Assembly (NCBI GenBank): GCA_030606565.1
Contig: JAUWGE010000005.1
Location: forward strand, 7,777 to 71,776
Source of the DNA: Candidatus Bipolaricaulota bacterium
GTDB taxonomy: Bacteria > Bipolaricaulota > Bipolaricaulia > UBA7950 > UBA9294
Direction: 5' to 3'
Length of the DNA stretch: 64,000 nucleotides
A model generated the notes under the pieces. It was not told the DNA's origin, made no database searches, and saw nothing but the letters and a program-made list of their open reading frames with translations. The position numbers were made by a program, and so were the translations under genes. Shown here one piece after another: positions 10,539-22,450 of this stretch. The stretch's first letter is position 1. Each line of letters begins with the position of its first letter.

Positions 10539-12695
10539 ATGGCGACAAACACGGGGTATCTGGTCATCTCAGAGATGTCATACGAGCCTTCCCCAATAAA
10601 TCGTGGCTATGCGGGGCAAACGCTGTACGTAAATATCGGCTCTGGGACTATCGAGAGTCGACCGGTGACCCCAAAGATGAAAGAGACCTTCACCGGCGGG
10701 CGCGGGTTTGGCCTGTGGCGGCTGTGGAACGCGGTCAATGAGAAGACTAAGTGGAACGACCCGGAGAACGAGATCGTGATCGGCGCGGGTCCGATCGGGG
10801 GGATCACCACCTACCCCGGATCTGGGAAGTCGCTTGTGGTAAGCCTTTCTCCGACCACAGGTAGCGTGATCGACTCTAACGTTGGGGGTTACTTCGGCCC
10901 CTACCTCAAGTTCTCGGGCTGGGACGCCCTGGAGGTACAGGGGAAGAGCAACAGGGAGGTAATCATCCTCATCGACGGAGACAAAGGATTTGTGCAGATC
11001 CTCGAGTGCCCGGAGAAGGATCTAAACACGCACATCCTCTCGGAGAGACTGACGCACACCTTCGCCGAATCGGATGCCCCAAGAGACCTTCTTGCCATCT
11101 CCACTGTCTCCGCGGGCATTGGTGCGCAGCACACGCACATCGGCTGCCTCAATTTCAGCTTCTTCGATATGAAGCGGAAGATTCCACGAGTGAAGCAGGC
11201 CGGCCGTGGAGGTATCGGGACGGTCTTCCGCGACAAAAAGATCGCGGCGTTGGTGGTGAAGTACTCCGGCGTGCGTCCCGACTCCAACCATCCGGCCGAT
11301 CTCGAACTATTGAAGCAGACCGGCGAACGAATCAATAAGGAGATCTTCGAGCTCGATTCCTCGCAGTGCGACATGCGCCACATTGGGACCACGCACTTGG
11401 TGGAGATCATGAACGAGTACGACCTTTTGCCGATCCATAACTACAAGTTTGGCTCCCACCCCGAGGCGGATAAGATCTCCTCACCAGTATGGAGGAAGCG
11501 GTTTACCCAAAACATGCCGGATGGGTGCTGGCTTGGCTGTACCATGTCTTGCTCGCACGCGGTCGATCACTTTTCGCTGAAGACCGGGCCTTACAAGGGA
11601 ACAGAGGTGACCGTGGACGGGCCGGAATACGAGACCGTCGCTGGAAGCGCTAACATGGGGATCTTCGACCCCGACTTCGTTCTGGAGATGAACTTCTACT
11701 GCGATACCTACGGGATCGATACGATCTCCTACACGACAGCGATGGCGTTCGTCATGGAGTGCTACGAGGCTGGCATCTTAAATGAGGAGTCGACCAACGG
11801 GCTTGATCTTCACTTCGGCAACAGCGAAGCTGCACTTAAATTGCTTCACGAGATGGGGCGCGGTGAGGGATTCGGTGCTATCGTTGGCCAGGGGATCCGC
11901 AGGATGAAGGAGTTCTTTATCAACAAGTATGGGGCCGACCCCGCCTTCCTGCAGGATATCGGCATGGAGTGCAAAGGGATGGAGTACTCCGAGTACGTAA
12001 CCAAGGAGTCGCTTGCCATGCAGGGTGGTTACGGACTTGCTTTAAAAGGGCCGCAGCACGACGAGGCATGGCTGATCTTCATGGACATGGTCAATAACCA
12101 GATCCCGACTTTTAAGGACAAAGCTGAGGCTCTCCACTACTTCCCGATGTGGCGGACCTGGTTCGGCTTAATGGGCCTATGCAAGCTCCCATGGAACGAT
12201 ATTGAACCGGCAGACAACGCGCAGACCGACGAGCCAGCCAAGGTCCCAGAGCACGTGCAGAACTACTGCGACCTCTTCGCTGGGGTAACCGGCATCAAGG
12301 TCACTCCGAACGATCTGATTCTCCAATCGGAGCGGGTATACAACTTCCAGCGTGTGTTCAACCTACGCATGGGGTTCGGCAGGCGTAAACACGATGCCAT
12401 CCCCTACCGCTCTGCCGGTCCAGTTACGCAGGAGGAGTACGACTCCCGTGCCCACCGCTACGACGAGCAATTGCGGGAAAAGGTGGGGATTGATCCCGAA
12501 GGGATGAGCACAGCAGAGAAGGTGAAGGCCCTGCGCGCCTTCCGCGAGGAGCAGTATGAGAAGCTGTGCGACGCAGTCTATGTGCGCCGTGGCTGGACGA
12601 GCGATGGAGTCCCCACTGTCGAGACGTTGAAGCGGCTCAAAATCGACTTTCCAGACGTGGTTAAGACCGTTAGGCCATACCAAGAAGGCGATTAA
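10539..12695 (+). CDS. Aldehyde:ferredoxin oxidoreductase (tungstopterin AOR family)
   Basis: GGRGFG, AGRGGIGTV, CWLGCTMSC, DGPEYET, CDTYGIDTIS, RRGWTSDGVPT. Confidence 0.93.
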   Translation: MATNTGYLVISEMSYEPSPINRGYAGQTLYVNIGSGTIESRPVTPKMKETFTGGRGFGLWRLWNAVNEKTKWNDPENEIVIGAGPIGGITTYPGSGKSLVVSLSPTTGSVIDSNVGGYFGPYLKFSGWDALEVQGKSNREVIILIDGDKGFVQILECPEKDLNTHILSERLTHTFAESDAPRDLLAISTVSAGIGAQHTHIGCLNFSFFDMKRKIPRVKQAGRGGIGTVFRDKKIAALVVKYSGVRPDSNHPADLELLKQTGERINKEIFELDSSQCDMRHIGTTHLVEIMNEYDLLPIHNYKFGSHPEADKISSPVWRKRFTQNMPDGCWLGCTMSCSHAVDHFSLKTGPYKGTEVTVDGPEYETVAGSANMGIFDPDFVLEMNFYCDTYGIDTISYTTAMAFVMECYEAGILNEESTNGLDLHFGNSEAALKLLHEMGRGEGFGAIVGQGIRRMKEFFINKYGADPAFLQDIGMECKGMEYSEYVTKESLAMQGGYGLALKGPQHDEAWLIFMDMVNNQIPTFKDKAEALHYFPMWRTWFGLMGLCKLPWNDIEPADNAQTDEPAKVPEHVQNYCDLFAGVTGIKVTPNDLILQSERVYNFQRVFNLRMGFGRRKHDAIPYRSAGPVTQEEYDSRAHRYDEQLREKVGIDPEGMSTAEKVKALRAFREEQYEKLCDAVYVRRGWTSDGVPTVETLKRLKIDFPDVVKTVRPYQEGD

Positions 12696-12705
12696 TGGTG
12701 GTCCA

Positions 12706-13395
12706 ATGAAACGGATAGGAATCCTCGGAGGAACGAGCCCAGAGTCGACCGTCTCTTATTATGAACGGATCACACGCGAGTACACGCGGCGTTTCGGCAA
12801 CTACGCCTACCCAGAAATCGTGATCTACAGCGTTTCGTTTCAGGAGTTCGTCGCTTGGCAAAGAGAAGGAAATTGGGACGCAATAGCCGCCAAGATGGCT
12901 GAGATCTTCTGCATCCTCGCCGATGCCGGTGCCGAGATCGGCCTGATCGCTGCCAATACGCTGCACCGCGTCTTCGACGCTGTAGCTAACGAAAGCCCAA
13001 TCCCGCTCCTTCATATCGTCGATGCCACCGCGGCGGCAATTAAGGCGAAAAATTGCTCAACGGTAGGGCTCCTCGGCACTCGTTATACGATGCAGGGGGC
13101 GTTCTACGTCGATCGCCTCACTTCCCACGGGATTTCAACCATCATCCCTGAGAAAAACCAACAAGAGGAGATCCACCGTGTGATTTACGAAGAGCTCACG
13201 CGCGGGATCATAAAGCCTTCATCAAAAGACCACTACTTAGCGATCATCGCTTCACTGAAAGAACGCGGTGCGGATGGGATCATACTTGGATGCACGGAGA
13301 TCCCCCTGCTCGTTCAGGATGGGGATTGCGACCTCCCGTTATTCGATACAGCTATCATCCACGCCGATGCGGCGCTAGAAGAAGCCCTTAAATAG
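12706..13395 (+). CDS. Aspartate/glutamate racemase family protein
   Basis: IGILGGTSPEST, AANTLH, LLGTRYTM, ILGCTEIP. Confidence 0.9.
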   Translation: MKRIGILGGTSPESTVSYYERITREYTRRFGNYAYPEIVIYSVSFQEFVAWQREGNWDAIAAKMAEIFCILADAGAEIGLIAANTLHRVFDAVANESPIPLLHIVDATAAAIKAKNCSTVGLLGTRYTMQGAFYVDRLTSHGISTIIPEKNQQEEIHRVIYEELTRGIIKPSSKDHYLAIIASLKERGADGIILGCTEIPLLVQDGDCDLPLFDTAIIHADAALEEALK

Positions 13396-15414
<2,019 letters not shown>

Positions 15415-15489
15415 CCTTTCTCTCTCCCCGTTCCTGCCCCTGCTTTGGTCCCCAGAAGTCGCTACAATAATCATGCGTAAGGAGGAAAG

Positions 15490-15699
15490 ATGAGACGACA
15501 ACCCGGGTTGGTCATTGAGGTTGCATGGCTTAACCCGTTCCTCAAGCTGGGAGCGAGCGTTGCCCTGACCCCACGTGGCTATTTAACCGGCTTCACTACA
15601 GAAGGGTTGATCGGAACGCGGATCGCGCTTGTGGACCAGATAGGAACGCTCCTTGATATTCACTACCTGGCACGCTTCTCTGATATCGTCTCGTTCTAG
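15490..15699 (+). CDS. Small hypothetical protein (possibly a remnant)
   Basis: AAGGAGG RBS; stop abuts next start codon. Confidence 0.35.
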   Translation: MRRQPGLVIEVAWLNPFLKLGASVALTPRGYLTGFTTEGLIGTRIALVDQIGTLLDIHYLARFSDIVSF

Positions 15700-16230
15700 A
15701 TGGCGCTGTACTTAGTGATCGCCCTCGGTGCTCTTACGGTCGCATGGGTAGGATGGAACCGCACCCTCGACGCGTTGTGGCAGCCGACCGACCGAGTGAC
15801 CATGCGACGGATCCTTGACCTTGCCAAAGTGAAAGAGGGGGAACATGTCCTTGACCTCGGCTGTGGGGACGGACGGTTTGTGGTCGCTGCGGCGCGCGAA
15901 TTCAAGGCACGTGCGACCGGGATCGAGATCGACCCGTTTCGCGTCCTGTGGGCAAAGGCATGGCTTCTCCTTGCCGGCCTCTCCCAGCGCGGCGCGCGGA
16001 TCATCTGGGGGAACATGTACACGGCCGATCTCTCCAACGCTGACGTTGTGATCCTTTTCCTCTCCGCCAAAGCTAACTTTCGACTACAGGAACGACTGCG
16101 CCGCGAGCTCAAGGAGGGAGCGCGGATAGTCTCCTACTACCACCCAATATGGGGCTGGAAACCGGAAGAAATTGGCGAAACCAAGAAGGGTTACCCCCTC
16201 TACCTCTATCGAATCAAAGGGAAAGAATGA
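15700..16230 (+). CDS. Membrane-anchored class I SAM-dependent methyltransferase
   Basis: N-terminal TM helix; VLDLGCGDGR; GIEIDP. Confidence 0.88.
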   Translation: MALYLVIALGALTVAWVGWNRTLDALWQPTDRVTMRRILDLAKVKEGEHVLDLGCGDGRFVVAAAREFKARATGIEIDPFRVLWAKAWLLLAGLSQRGARIIWGNMYTADLSNADVVILFLSAKANFRLQERLRRELKEGARIVSYYHPIWGWKPEEIGETKKGYPLYLYRIKGKE

Positions 16231-17663
16231 CACGAAATCTCGCTTCACTGGTCAAAGTGCTAAGGCTGCCCTCCCAAGCGGAGTGGCAAGAGGTTGAGAT
16301 TACCGGGATCACTGAGGATTCTCGTCTGATCAAGCCTGGATTCCTATTTGTCGCCATCCGTGGGTACGTCGACGACGGTCACCGCTACATCGATGAAGCG
16401 ATTGCCCGCGGGGCAACCGCAGTTATCACAGAGCAGGATACCTCCTGCTCTGTGCCATGTATCAACGTGATCGATGCGAGGATAGCACTGGCAAGGCTGT
16501 CCGCCACCTTCTTTGGAGACCCAACGCAAGGGATGTTTACGGTCGGAGTAACGGGAACGAATGGGAAGACCACGGTCTGTCACCTGATCGCTCACCTATT
16601 GGACGAGGAGAAGACCGCCCTCATTAGCACCGTGGCGAACGAAGACCGCGGCCTGCAAGCGGTGACGACCCCGCCCAGTTCACTCATCCAACAGATCGCG
16701 CATGAAGCTGTGTCGGCAGAAAAGAAGAACCTCGTCGTTGAAGTCTCCTCAGCCGCGCTTGTGCTTCACCGCGTCGATCGAGTCGATTTTGACGCTGCCG
16801 TCTTCACCAACCTCACCCACGACCACCTCGACTTCCACGCGGACTGGGAGTCCTATCTTTCGGCAAAGCTTCTCCTCTTTCGGGGGTTGAAGCCGGAGGC
16901 CTGTGCAATCGTGAACGCAGACGATCCAGTTGCAGAACTAGTTCTTGCGGCCAACACGGGCCAGGCAGTCACCTATGCTATCCATAGCGATGCAGATCTG
17001 CGCGCGATCGACATTCACTACAAGCTCCGCGAGACGACGTTTACGCTCCGATCAGACGATGAAGCGGTGTCGACCAAACTGTGTTTATCTGGGGAGCATA
17101 ATCTGTACAACGCCCTCGCTGCAACCGCGGTCGTGATGTCAAAGGGGATGTCTCTTGGCGCGATCGCCGAACGCTTAGGCTCGGCGCACAACGTTGAGGG
17201 TCGCTACCAGTTCTTCCGGGCGCAAAATGGCGCTGCGGTAATTGTCGACTTTGCACACAGCCCCGACTCCCTTGAAAAGATGCTTAAATCACTGCGCCCT
17301 TACTACAAACGTGTAATCTGCGTATTTGGCTGCGGCGGGGAGAGCGACCGGAAGAAACGTCCGCTCATGGGGAAAATCAGCGGGGAACTCGCCGACCTGA
17401 CGATTCTCACAAGTGATAATCCCAAGACGGAGGATCCTCAAGTGATCCTCGATGAGATCGAGGCGGGGCTCATCCCAACAGGTGGGCGCTATGAGAAGAT
17501 CGTTGATCGCCGCGAGGCGATCCGCCGTGCGATTGACCCGGCAAACCCCGGTGATGTGATCCTCCTCGCCGGCAAAGGTCACGAACCCTACCAGATCATC
17601 GGTCACGAGTTTGTCCCCTACAGCGACGTTGGCTTCCTCCGCGAGGTGGGGTTGGTGGAATGA
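16227..17663 (+). CDS. murE: UDP-MurNAc-Ala-Glu--diamino acid ligase
   Basis: GVTGTNGKTT, EVSS, FTNLTHDHLDFH, DFAHSPD, AGKGHE; ATGA overlap with upstream gene. Confidence 0.92.
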   Translation: MTRNLASLVKVLRLPSQAEWQEVEITGITEDSRLIKPGFLFVAIRGYVDDGHRYIDEAIARGATAVITEQDTSCSVPCINVIDARIALARLSATFFGDPTQGMFTVGVTGTNGKTTVCHLIAHLLDEEKTALISTVANEDRGLQAVTTPPSSLIQQIAHEAVSAEKKNLVVEVSSAALVLHRVDRVDFDAAVFTNLTHDHLDFHADWESYLSAKLLLFRGLKPEACAIVNADDPVAELVLAANTGQAVTYAIHSDADLRAIDIHYKLRETTFTLRSDDEAVSTKLCLSGEHNLYNALAATAVVMSKGMSLGAIAERLGSAHNVEGRYQFFRAQNGAAVIVDFAHSPDSLEKMLKSLRPYYKRVICVFGCGGESDRKKRPLMGKISGELADLTILTSDNPKTEDPQVILDEIEAGLIPTGGRYEKIVDRREAIRRAIDPANPGDVILLAGKGHEPYQIIGHEFVPYSDVGFLREVGLVE

Positions 17664-17759
17664 GGGAGCTTCCTTGAGACGGCCCAGCTGATTTTGAAAT
17701 TAAGGCAAGGGATTCCCAGATGCCATTGGAGCGCTTTCCCTGAAGAGAAGATGAAGGAA

Positions 17760-18332
17760 TCAGGGGGCCTCAATTGTGCTGAGAACCCGTTCGGCCGTCT
17801 GAGTAATTGTACCTTCCGCGTTAATGCGGATAACCTCCTCGCTTCGGGGCTCGGGTAGCGTGCCCACGATGTGTTGTTCTCGACCGGCCGTTTGCAGCCG
17901 ACGCTGACGCGTTTCCGTCGACGCCTCAAGCCAGAGGACAACATCGAAGAGGGAGCGATCGACGTGAGGGGAGGAGCCAAGGAGCGCCCCCTCAACAAGG
18001 AGGATCCTCGTCCCACGGGCTTCCTCGGCGCGGATTATCACCTGCAGGCGGTCGATCACCGCTGGATGGACGATCCCGTCCAGATCGGTGAGGGCCCTTT
18101 CATTAGAGAAGACGATCTCACTCAAGCGCGAGCGGTCGATCGCACCGTCTGCGTCCAGAATTCCCTCCCCAAAACGGGAGACAAGACGCCAGTAGGTAGG
18201 ACTTCGCGGACGGTAGGTCCCCCAAGCGACCTTGTCTAGGTCGATTCGCGCGATCCCCTCCCTCTTCGCGAGTTCCTGCGCCACAGCGCTCTTACCGCAT
18301 CCGGCTCCACCAGCAAGTCCGATTACCTTCAT
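17760..18332 (-). CDS. coaE: Dephospho-CoA kinase
   Basis: IGLAGGAGCGKS, IDRSRLSEIVF, LDGIVHPAV. Confidence 0.85.
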   Translation of the reverse strand: MKVIGLAGGAGCGKSAVAQELAKREGIARIDLDKVAWGTYRPRSPTYWRLVSRFGEGILDADGAIDRSRLSEIVFSNERALTDLDGIVHPAVIDRLQVIIRAEEARGTRILLVEGALLGSSPHVDRSLFDVVLWLEASTETRQRRLQTAGREQHIVGTLPEPRSEEVIRINAEGTITQTAERVLSTIEAP

Positions 18333-18492
18333 TCCTTCACAAAGGTAGCGCGATCGCCTCAGTGTGGCAAGGGGTTCTTATCGGAGATCGATCACTCAGG
18401 AGGAAAAGAGCACAGTCCTGTATCAGAGAAGGGGTATTAACAACGTTGAAACTGGAGAGGGATCTGGGTGTAGATCGATCGAGGTGATAAAG

Positions 18493-19251
18493 ATGAAAGC
18501 ACGACTGAGTATAAGCTTGACATTAATACTGATCGGTCTTGTGATTGCCTCGGCAATTGTAATGGCAAACGGAGCGCCGAATCCACTCGGGATTACCCCT
18601 ACTCCAACTCCGGGGCAGAACCTGACGGTCGGGGTGTGGACCGACAAATCGACCTACATGGTGGGCGAAACGATGCGGGTGTACTTCACGGTGAACCAAC
18701 CAGCCTACATCTATCTGTATGACATACAGCCGGACGGGATTGTGCGGCTGGTCTTCCCCAATGCCTTCTCGCAGAGCAACTTCGTCTATGCGGGGATGCA
18801 TGTCCTCCCGGATAAGCCGTCGTACCAATTCTCGGTGACCTACCCGACAGGGGTGGAGCAGTTGCAGATCTTTGCCAGTTTGACACCGCTTACTCTCACT
18901 CCCCCGGCTTACGGTGAGCCGTTCCCAATGGCCACCCCAGACGATATACAAGGCCACATCATGGGGATTACTCCCACACCGACCTGGGCGATGGGTTGGA
19001 CAGCGTTCACTATTACCGCGCCGACCTACAGTTATGCACCTCCTCCAAGTTACTCACCTCCTCCGAGTTATACCCCGCCTCAGTACCCCCCCTGCTACCC
19101 GCCGTTCTTCGGCTGGTGCTTCCCGGGAGGAAGCTGGTACTGGGGGTGCGGTGAGTGGCACTACGGCATGCCCTCAAGCGGGTGGTATTGGTACTTCGGA
19201 CCGGATGGTAAGTGGCACTTTACAATCCGCTTCCACTTTGGAGGAGAGTAG
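18493..19251 (+). CDS. Secreted DUF4384-like protein with Pro/Tyr repeats and Trp/Gly-rich tail
   Basis: GAGGTG RBS; signal peptide; WTDKSTYMVGE...AYIYLYDIQPDG..LVFPN; SYAPPP/SYSPPP/SYTPPQ. Confidence 0.75.
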   Translation: MKARLSISLTLILIGLVIASAIVMANGAPNPLGITPTPTPGQNLTVGVWTDKSTYMVGETMRVYFTVNQPAYIYLYDIQPDGIVRLVFPNAFSQSNFVYAGMHVLPDKPSYQFSVTYPTGVEQLQIFASLTPLTLTPPAYGEPFPMATPDDIQGHIMGITPTPTWAMGWTAFTITAPTYSYAPPPSYSPPPSYTPPQYPPCYPPFFGWCFPGGSWYWGCGEWHYGMPSSGWYWYFGPDGKWHFTIRFHFGGE

Positions 19252-19292
19252 CCTCATAGAATTAAGCCCCCCTGCAAAACCCACACCGGACT

Positions 19293-19321
19293 GAGAGGGC
19301 CCGTCAGTGACGGGTCCTCTC
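19293..19321 (+). terminator. Hairpin, probable terminator
   Basis: GAGAGGGCCCGTCA-G-TGACGGGTCCTCTC. Confidence 0.55.
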
Positions 19322-19501
19322 TCATTGTCCACCTTGCGGTAGGCCTCATAGTTTGCTTTCGATACCACTGTCTTCTCCGTACTTGTTCCCGCGGAAGACA
19401 TCCTTTTCTCACAGCTCGCCGGCCAAGGAGAACTGCCTAGCGGTGAACGCGCGCAGGCAAGCCTGTAGAATAAGGCAACCATTAGCTTGTGAGGAAGAGG
19501 T

Positions 19502-20716
19502 GTGGAACTTAACTGGAGCATTGAGCAGGCACGACTCTATCAACTTCGGGCAATCGGTCTGCATGGGACTCTATACCCATCAGGGGAGGCAGGGATCCGC
19601 GCGTGCTTCCGCGACCTTCAAGGAATTCAACTTGACCCACTTCCCGTCCTCGGCCGAAACCACGACCTAGTGATTCAGGCTCGCGTCGCAGGAACCCATC
19701 CCGGAGAGGCGCTTGAGTTGATTCACCGGGAGCGTTTAGGCTTTGAGTACTGGGACAAGGTCCTGTGCGTGATCCCGATTGAGGAGTTTCCACAGTTTCG
19801 TGCACTCATGACAGCCGGTGGGGAACCATGGGAGGCCAGGCGAGAGACCCGGCTGAACAAGGAGCACCCAGGAGCGATAGAGGCAGTCTATCGTGCCGTT
19901 GCCGAGCACGGCCCGATCTCGAGTCGTGAGTTGCGGGATCTCGATATAGCACAGGGCGACTACCGGGGCTGGAAGTCAACCAAAGCAGCGAACGCTGCCC
20001 TCGAGGTTCTGTGGAATCGGGGGAGGGTAAGCGTCTCCCGCCGCCGCAACTACCGCCGCTACTTCGACCTTAGCGAACGAGTGATCCCTGCCAAGTTCCA
20101 TGAAAGCGATCCCCCTTCGCTCGACTCGTTTTGGAGATACCTTTTAAAAAAACGCGTATGCACGGTTGGGCTCCTCCCAGCGCGGGGGGATGCTGAGGCA
20201 TGGGCTTTTTTGCGCAGCGCACGTGCCGACAAACTCCCCGAACGGCTCCTTGACGAGGAGGAGCTCACGGTAATACAGGTGGACGGGATCAAGACACCGT
20301 TCTACGTTCTTCCACAGGCTGAGGAGAACCTTTCACTAGCCGAGAAAGCAGTGTTCGATCACGACGCCCGTTTCATCGCCCCACTCGACCCCTTATTGTG
20401 GGCACGCAGTGCTTTCCGTCAGCTGTGGAATTTCGAGTACGTCTGGGAGGTATATAAACCGACAGCGAAGCGTCGCTTTGGCTACTATGTTTTACCTATC
20501 CTCTACCGTGATCGATTCGTCGGCCGATTTGACGGCCGCTACGACCGCGCCGAGAAGATCCTCCACATTCTCACTTACTACGAAGAACCTGACGGACTGC
20601 CCCTGTCGCATCCAGCGATCCATACTGGGTTTCAGCGCTTCCTCTTCTACCTCAGCGGGGAACAGATCCTTCTTCCGACCGGTGAAGTTTGGAAGAGGAA
20701 GGGATTAAGCGAGTGA
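19502..20716 (+). CDS. YcaQ/AlkZ-family winged-helix DNA glycosylase-like protein
   Basis: IQLDP, FEYW, APLDPLLW, FEYVWEVYKP..KRRFGYYVLPIL. Confidence 0.88.
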   Translation: MELNWSIEQARLYQLRAIGLHGTLYPSGEAGIRACFRDLQGIQLDPLPVLGRNHDLVIQARVAGTHPGEALELIHRERLGFEYWDKVLCVIPIEEFPQFRALMTAGGEPWEARRETRLNKEHPGAIEAVYRAVAEHGPISSRELRDLDIAQGDYRGWKSTKAANAALEVLWNRGRVSVSRRRNYRRYFDLSERVIPAKFHESDPPSLDSFWRYLLKKRVCTVGLLPARGDAEAWAFLRSARADKLPERLLDEEELTVIQVDGIKTPFYVLPQAEENLSLAEKAVFDHDARFIAPLDPLLWARSAFRQLWNFEYVWEVYKPTAKRRFGYYVLPILYRDRFVGRFDGRYDRAEKILHILTYYEEPDGLPLSHPAIHTGFQRFLFYLSGEQILLPTGEVWKRKGLSE

Positions 20717-20792
20717 ATGATTGAGTGATTTAGCGATTTACCCTCCGAATCTTTCAATTATCCGATCATTCAATCGTTTAATCTCTCAATTA
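20714..20792. repeat. Inverted arrays of degenerate 8-bp tandem repeats between convergent genes
   Basis: TGAATGAT TGAGTGAT TTAGCGAT versus ATCTTTCA ATTATCCG ATCATTCA ATCGTTTA ATCTCTCA. Confidence 0.55.
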
Positions 20793-21949
20793 CCAAGCGG
20801 CATCTCGTAGATCCGCCAGGTCTTGTAGCGACGGCCGCCCATCGCTTCTGAGGCTCTTAGGATGAGGTCATTATCCTCTAGTAGCATCGATGGTTCACAC
20901 GTGCGGTACCCGCGTTCTCGGGCGTAAGCCAAACACTCGTGGAATAAAATGGCATCGACTCCCTGATTGCGAAACCTAGGTCGGACTCCGAAGAACATCA
21001 GACGGATGCGGGGAATATGGCGGCGGGTCAACAGCAGGCGGGTAACACGCATAAAATCAGTATCGAACAACCGATTCCAACGAGGGCGGAATGGGACGTT
21101 TGGATCAGGAAGCGCACCGAGAACGGCAGCAAGTTCGCCGTTCACGTAAGCAAAGCGCATCAGGCCGGGGTCGGCAACCAACTTTAGACTAGCAGCCATC
21201 GCCTCTGCTTCAGCATCGGTCAGCGGCAGGAATCCCCAGTTGTTCTCCCAGGCCTCGTTGTAGATGGTGACAATCCGGTCGACCTCCTCCCGTACGTGAG
21301 AGAGGTCGATCCTCCGCGTTTCGATTTGTCGCCGTGCACGGACCTGGGAAACGATCCGCTCCAGCCTTTCGTCCGGCATACCGTCGATCTCGATCAGGTA
21401 AGCGTGATAGTCCTTGACCTTGACCAAACCGTAACGCTCAAGTAACTGCCCGTAGTAGGGAGGGTTATGAGTCAGTTCCACTGTCGGCGGCGTGTCGAAG
21501 CCATCCACAAGGATCCCTTGGTGCGACTCGTGCCCTGCCGTGGAATAGCCACCTGGTCCTCGCATTACCTCCATTCCCCTTTCCTTCAGCCAATCCCGCG
21601 CGCGATCAAGGAGCCCCTTCGTCACCGCAAAGTCATCGGTGGTCTCGAAGAAACCGAAGAAACCGATCCGCGCGTGATAGTGCTCATTAAAGCGGCGGTT
21701 GACCGCAGCAGAGACCCTTCCAAGGAGTCTTCTCCCCGCCCGCGCGAGGAAGTGTGTCGCTTCAGCGTCCCGGTGATAGGGATGGGCCGGAGTGAGAAGG
21801 CCAGTAATCCGCAAGAGACGGTTCCCAAGGAGGTCAGCACGAAGCGGCGGGGTCCAGTTAGGATCACCATGATGTAACTGCCAGGGCACCGCAACGAACG
21901 ATTTCAACCGCGGGTCGCCTAAAGGGATCTCGTCGATTAAAAAGTCCAT
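20786..21949 (-). CDS. GNAT-family N-acetyltransferase (YghO-like)
   Basis: GAGGTG RBS; GFFGFFE, GILVDGF, HNPPYY, YNEAWENNWGF, LLEDN, YKTWRIYE. Confidence 0.82.
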   Translation of the reverse strand: MDFLIDEIPLGDPRLKSFVAVPWQLHHGDPNWTPPLRADLLGNRLLRITGLLTPAHPYHRDAEATHFLARAGRRLLGRVSAAVNRRFNEHYHARIGFFGFFETTDDFAVTKGLLDRARDWLKERGMEVMRGPGGYSTAGHESHQGILVDGFDTPPTVELTHNPPYYGQLLERYGLVKVKDYHAYLIEIDGMPDERLERIVSQVRARRQIETRRIDLSHVREEVDRIVTIYNEAWENNWGFLPLTDAEAEAMAASLKLVADPGLMRFAYVNGELAAVLGALPDPNVPFRPRWNRLFDTDFMRVTRLLLTRRHIPRIRLMFFGVRPRFRNQGVDAILFHECLAYARERGYRTCEPSMLLEDNDLILRASEAMGGRRYKTWRIYEMPLGN

Positions 21950-22149
21950 CTCACCTCTTGCTAGTTTAAAGTTCCTCCCATTATGCATAAACCGAGCCTT
22001 AAAAGAAAAAATGCTACGCTTTCAAAGGGCTCACCTACAGTTACTCCGTCACAGGATGGGTGACAGAACGCCTCTTTCTCCACTTTTAGAGTGGACCGTC
22101 CCTTTGGCCTAGGTTGATCTTTTCCGAAGGTGAGGTTATCCCTATCGAT

Positions 22150-22413
22150 ATGACAACAGGGGAGAACGAAAAGGTCATAAAGCTGTTGCGGTTGGTGCAG
22201 AGGCAGACCGGCGTGTCGCGGCGCAAGGCACAGGAGTTAATCGAGGCTGGCGAGGCGGAGTTAAACGGGGGCACCGTGCGCGATCCCTTCATCTTGCTAG
22301 AGCAGGAGCCAATTAAGACCTTGCCCCAGGGTACCGCTCGCCTCGAAGAGGAGGAAACGGATAGGCTCTATCACTTCGTACGCCGCCTCTCCTCCACGCT
22401 ACTTCCCCGGTAG
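22150..22413 (+). pseudogene. S4-domain remnant, probably an internally deleted RsuA/RluB-type pseudouridine synthase
   Basis: GVSRRKAQELIEAGEAELNG (S4) joined directly to LPQG..RLEEEE..RL, which resembles the enzyme's C-terminal tail. Confidence 0.6.
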
Positions 22414-22450
22414 AGTTGGAACAAAAGCTATAGGAACCTATAATCCAGCC

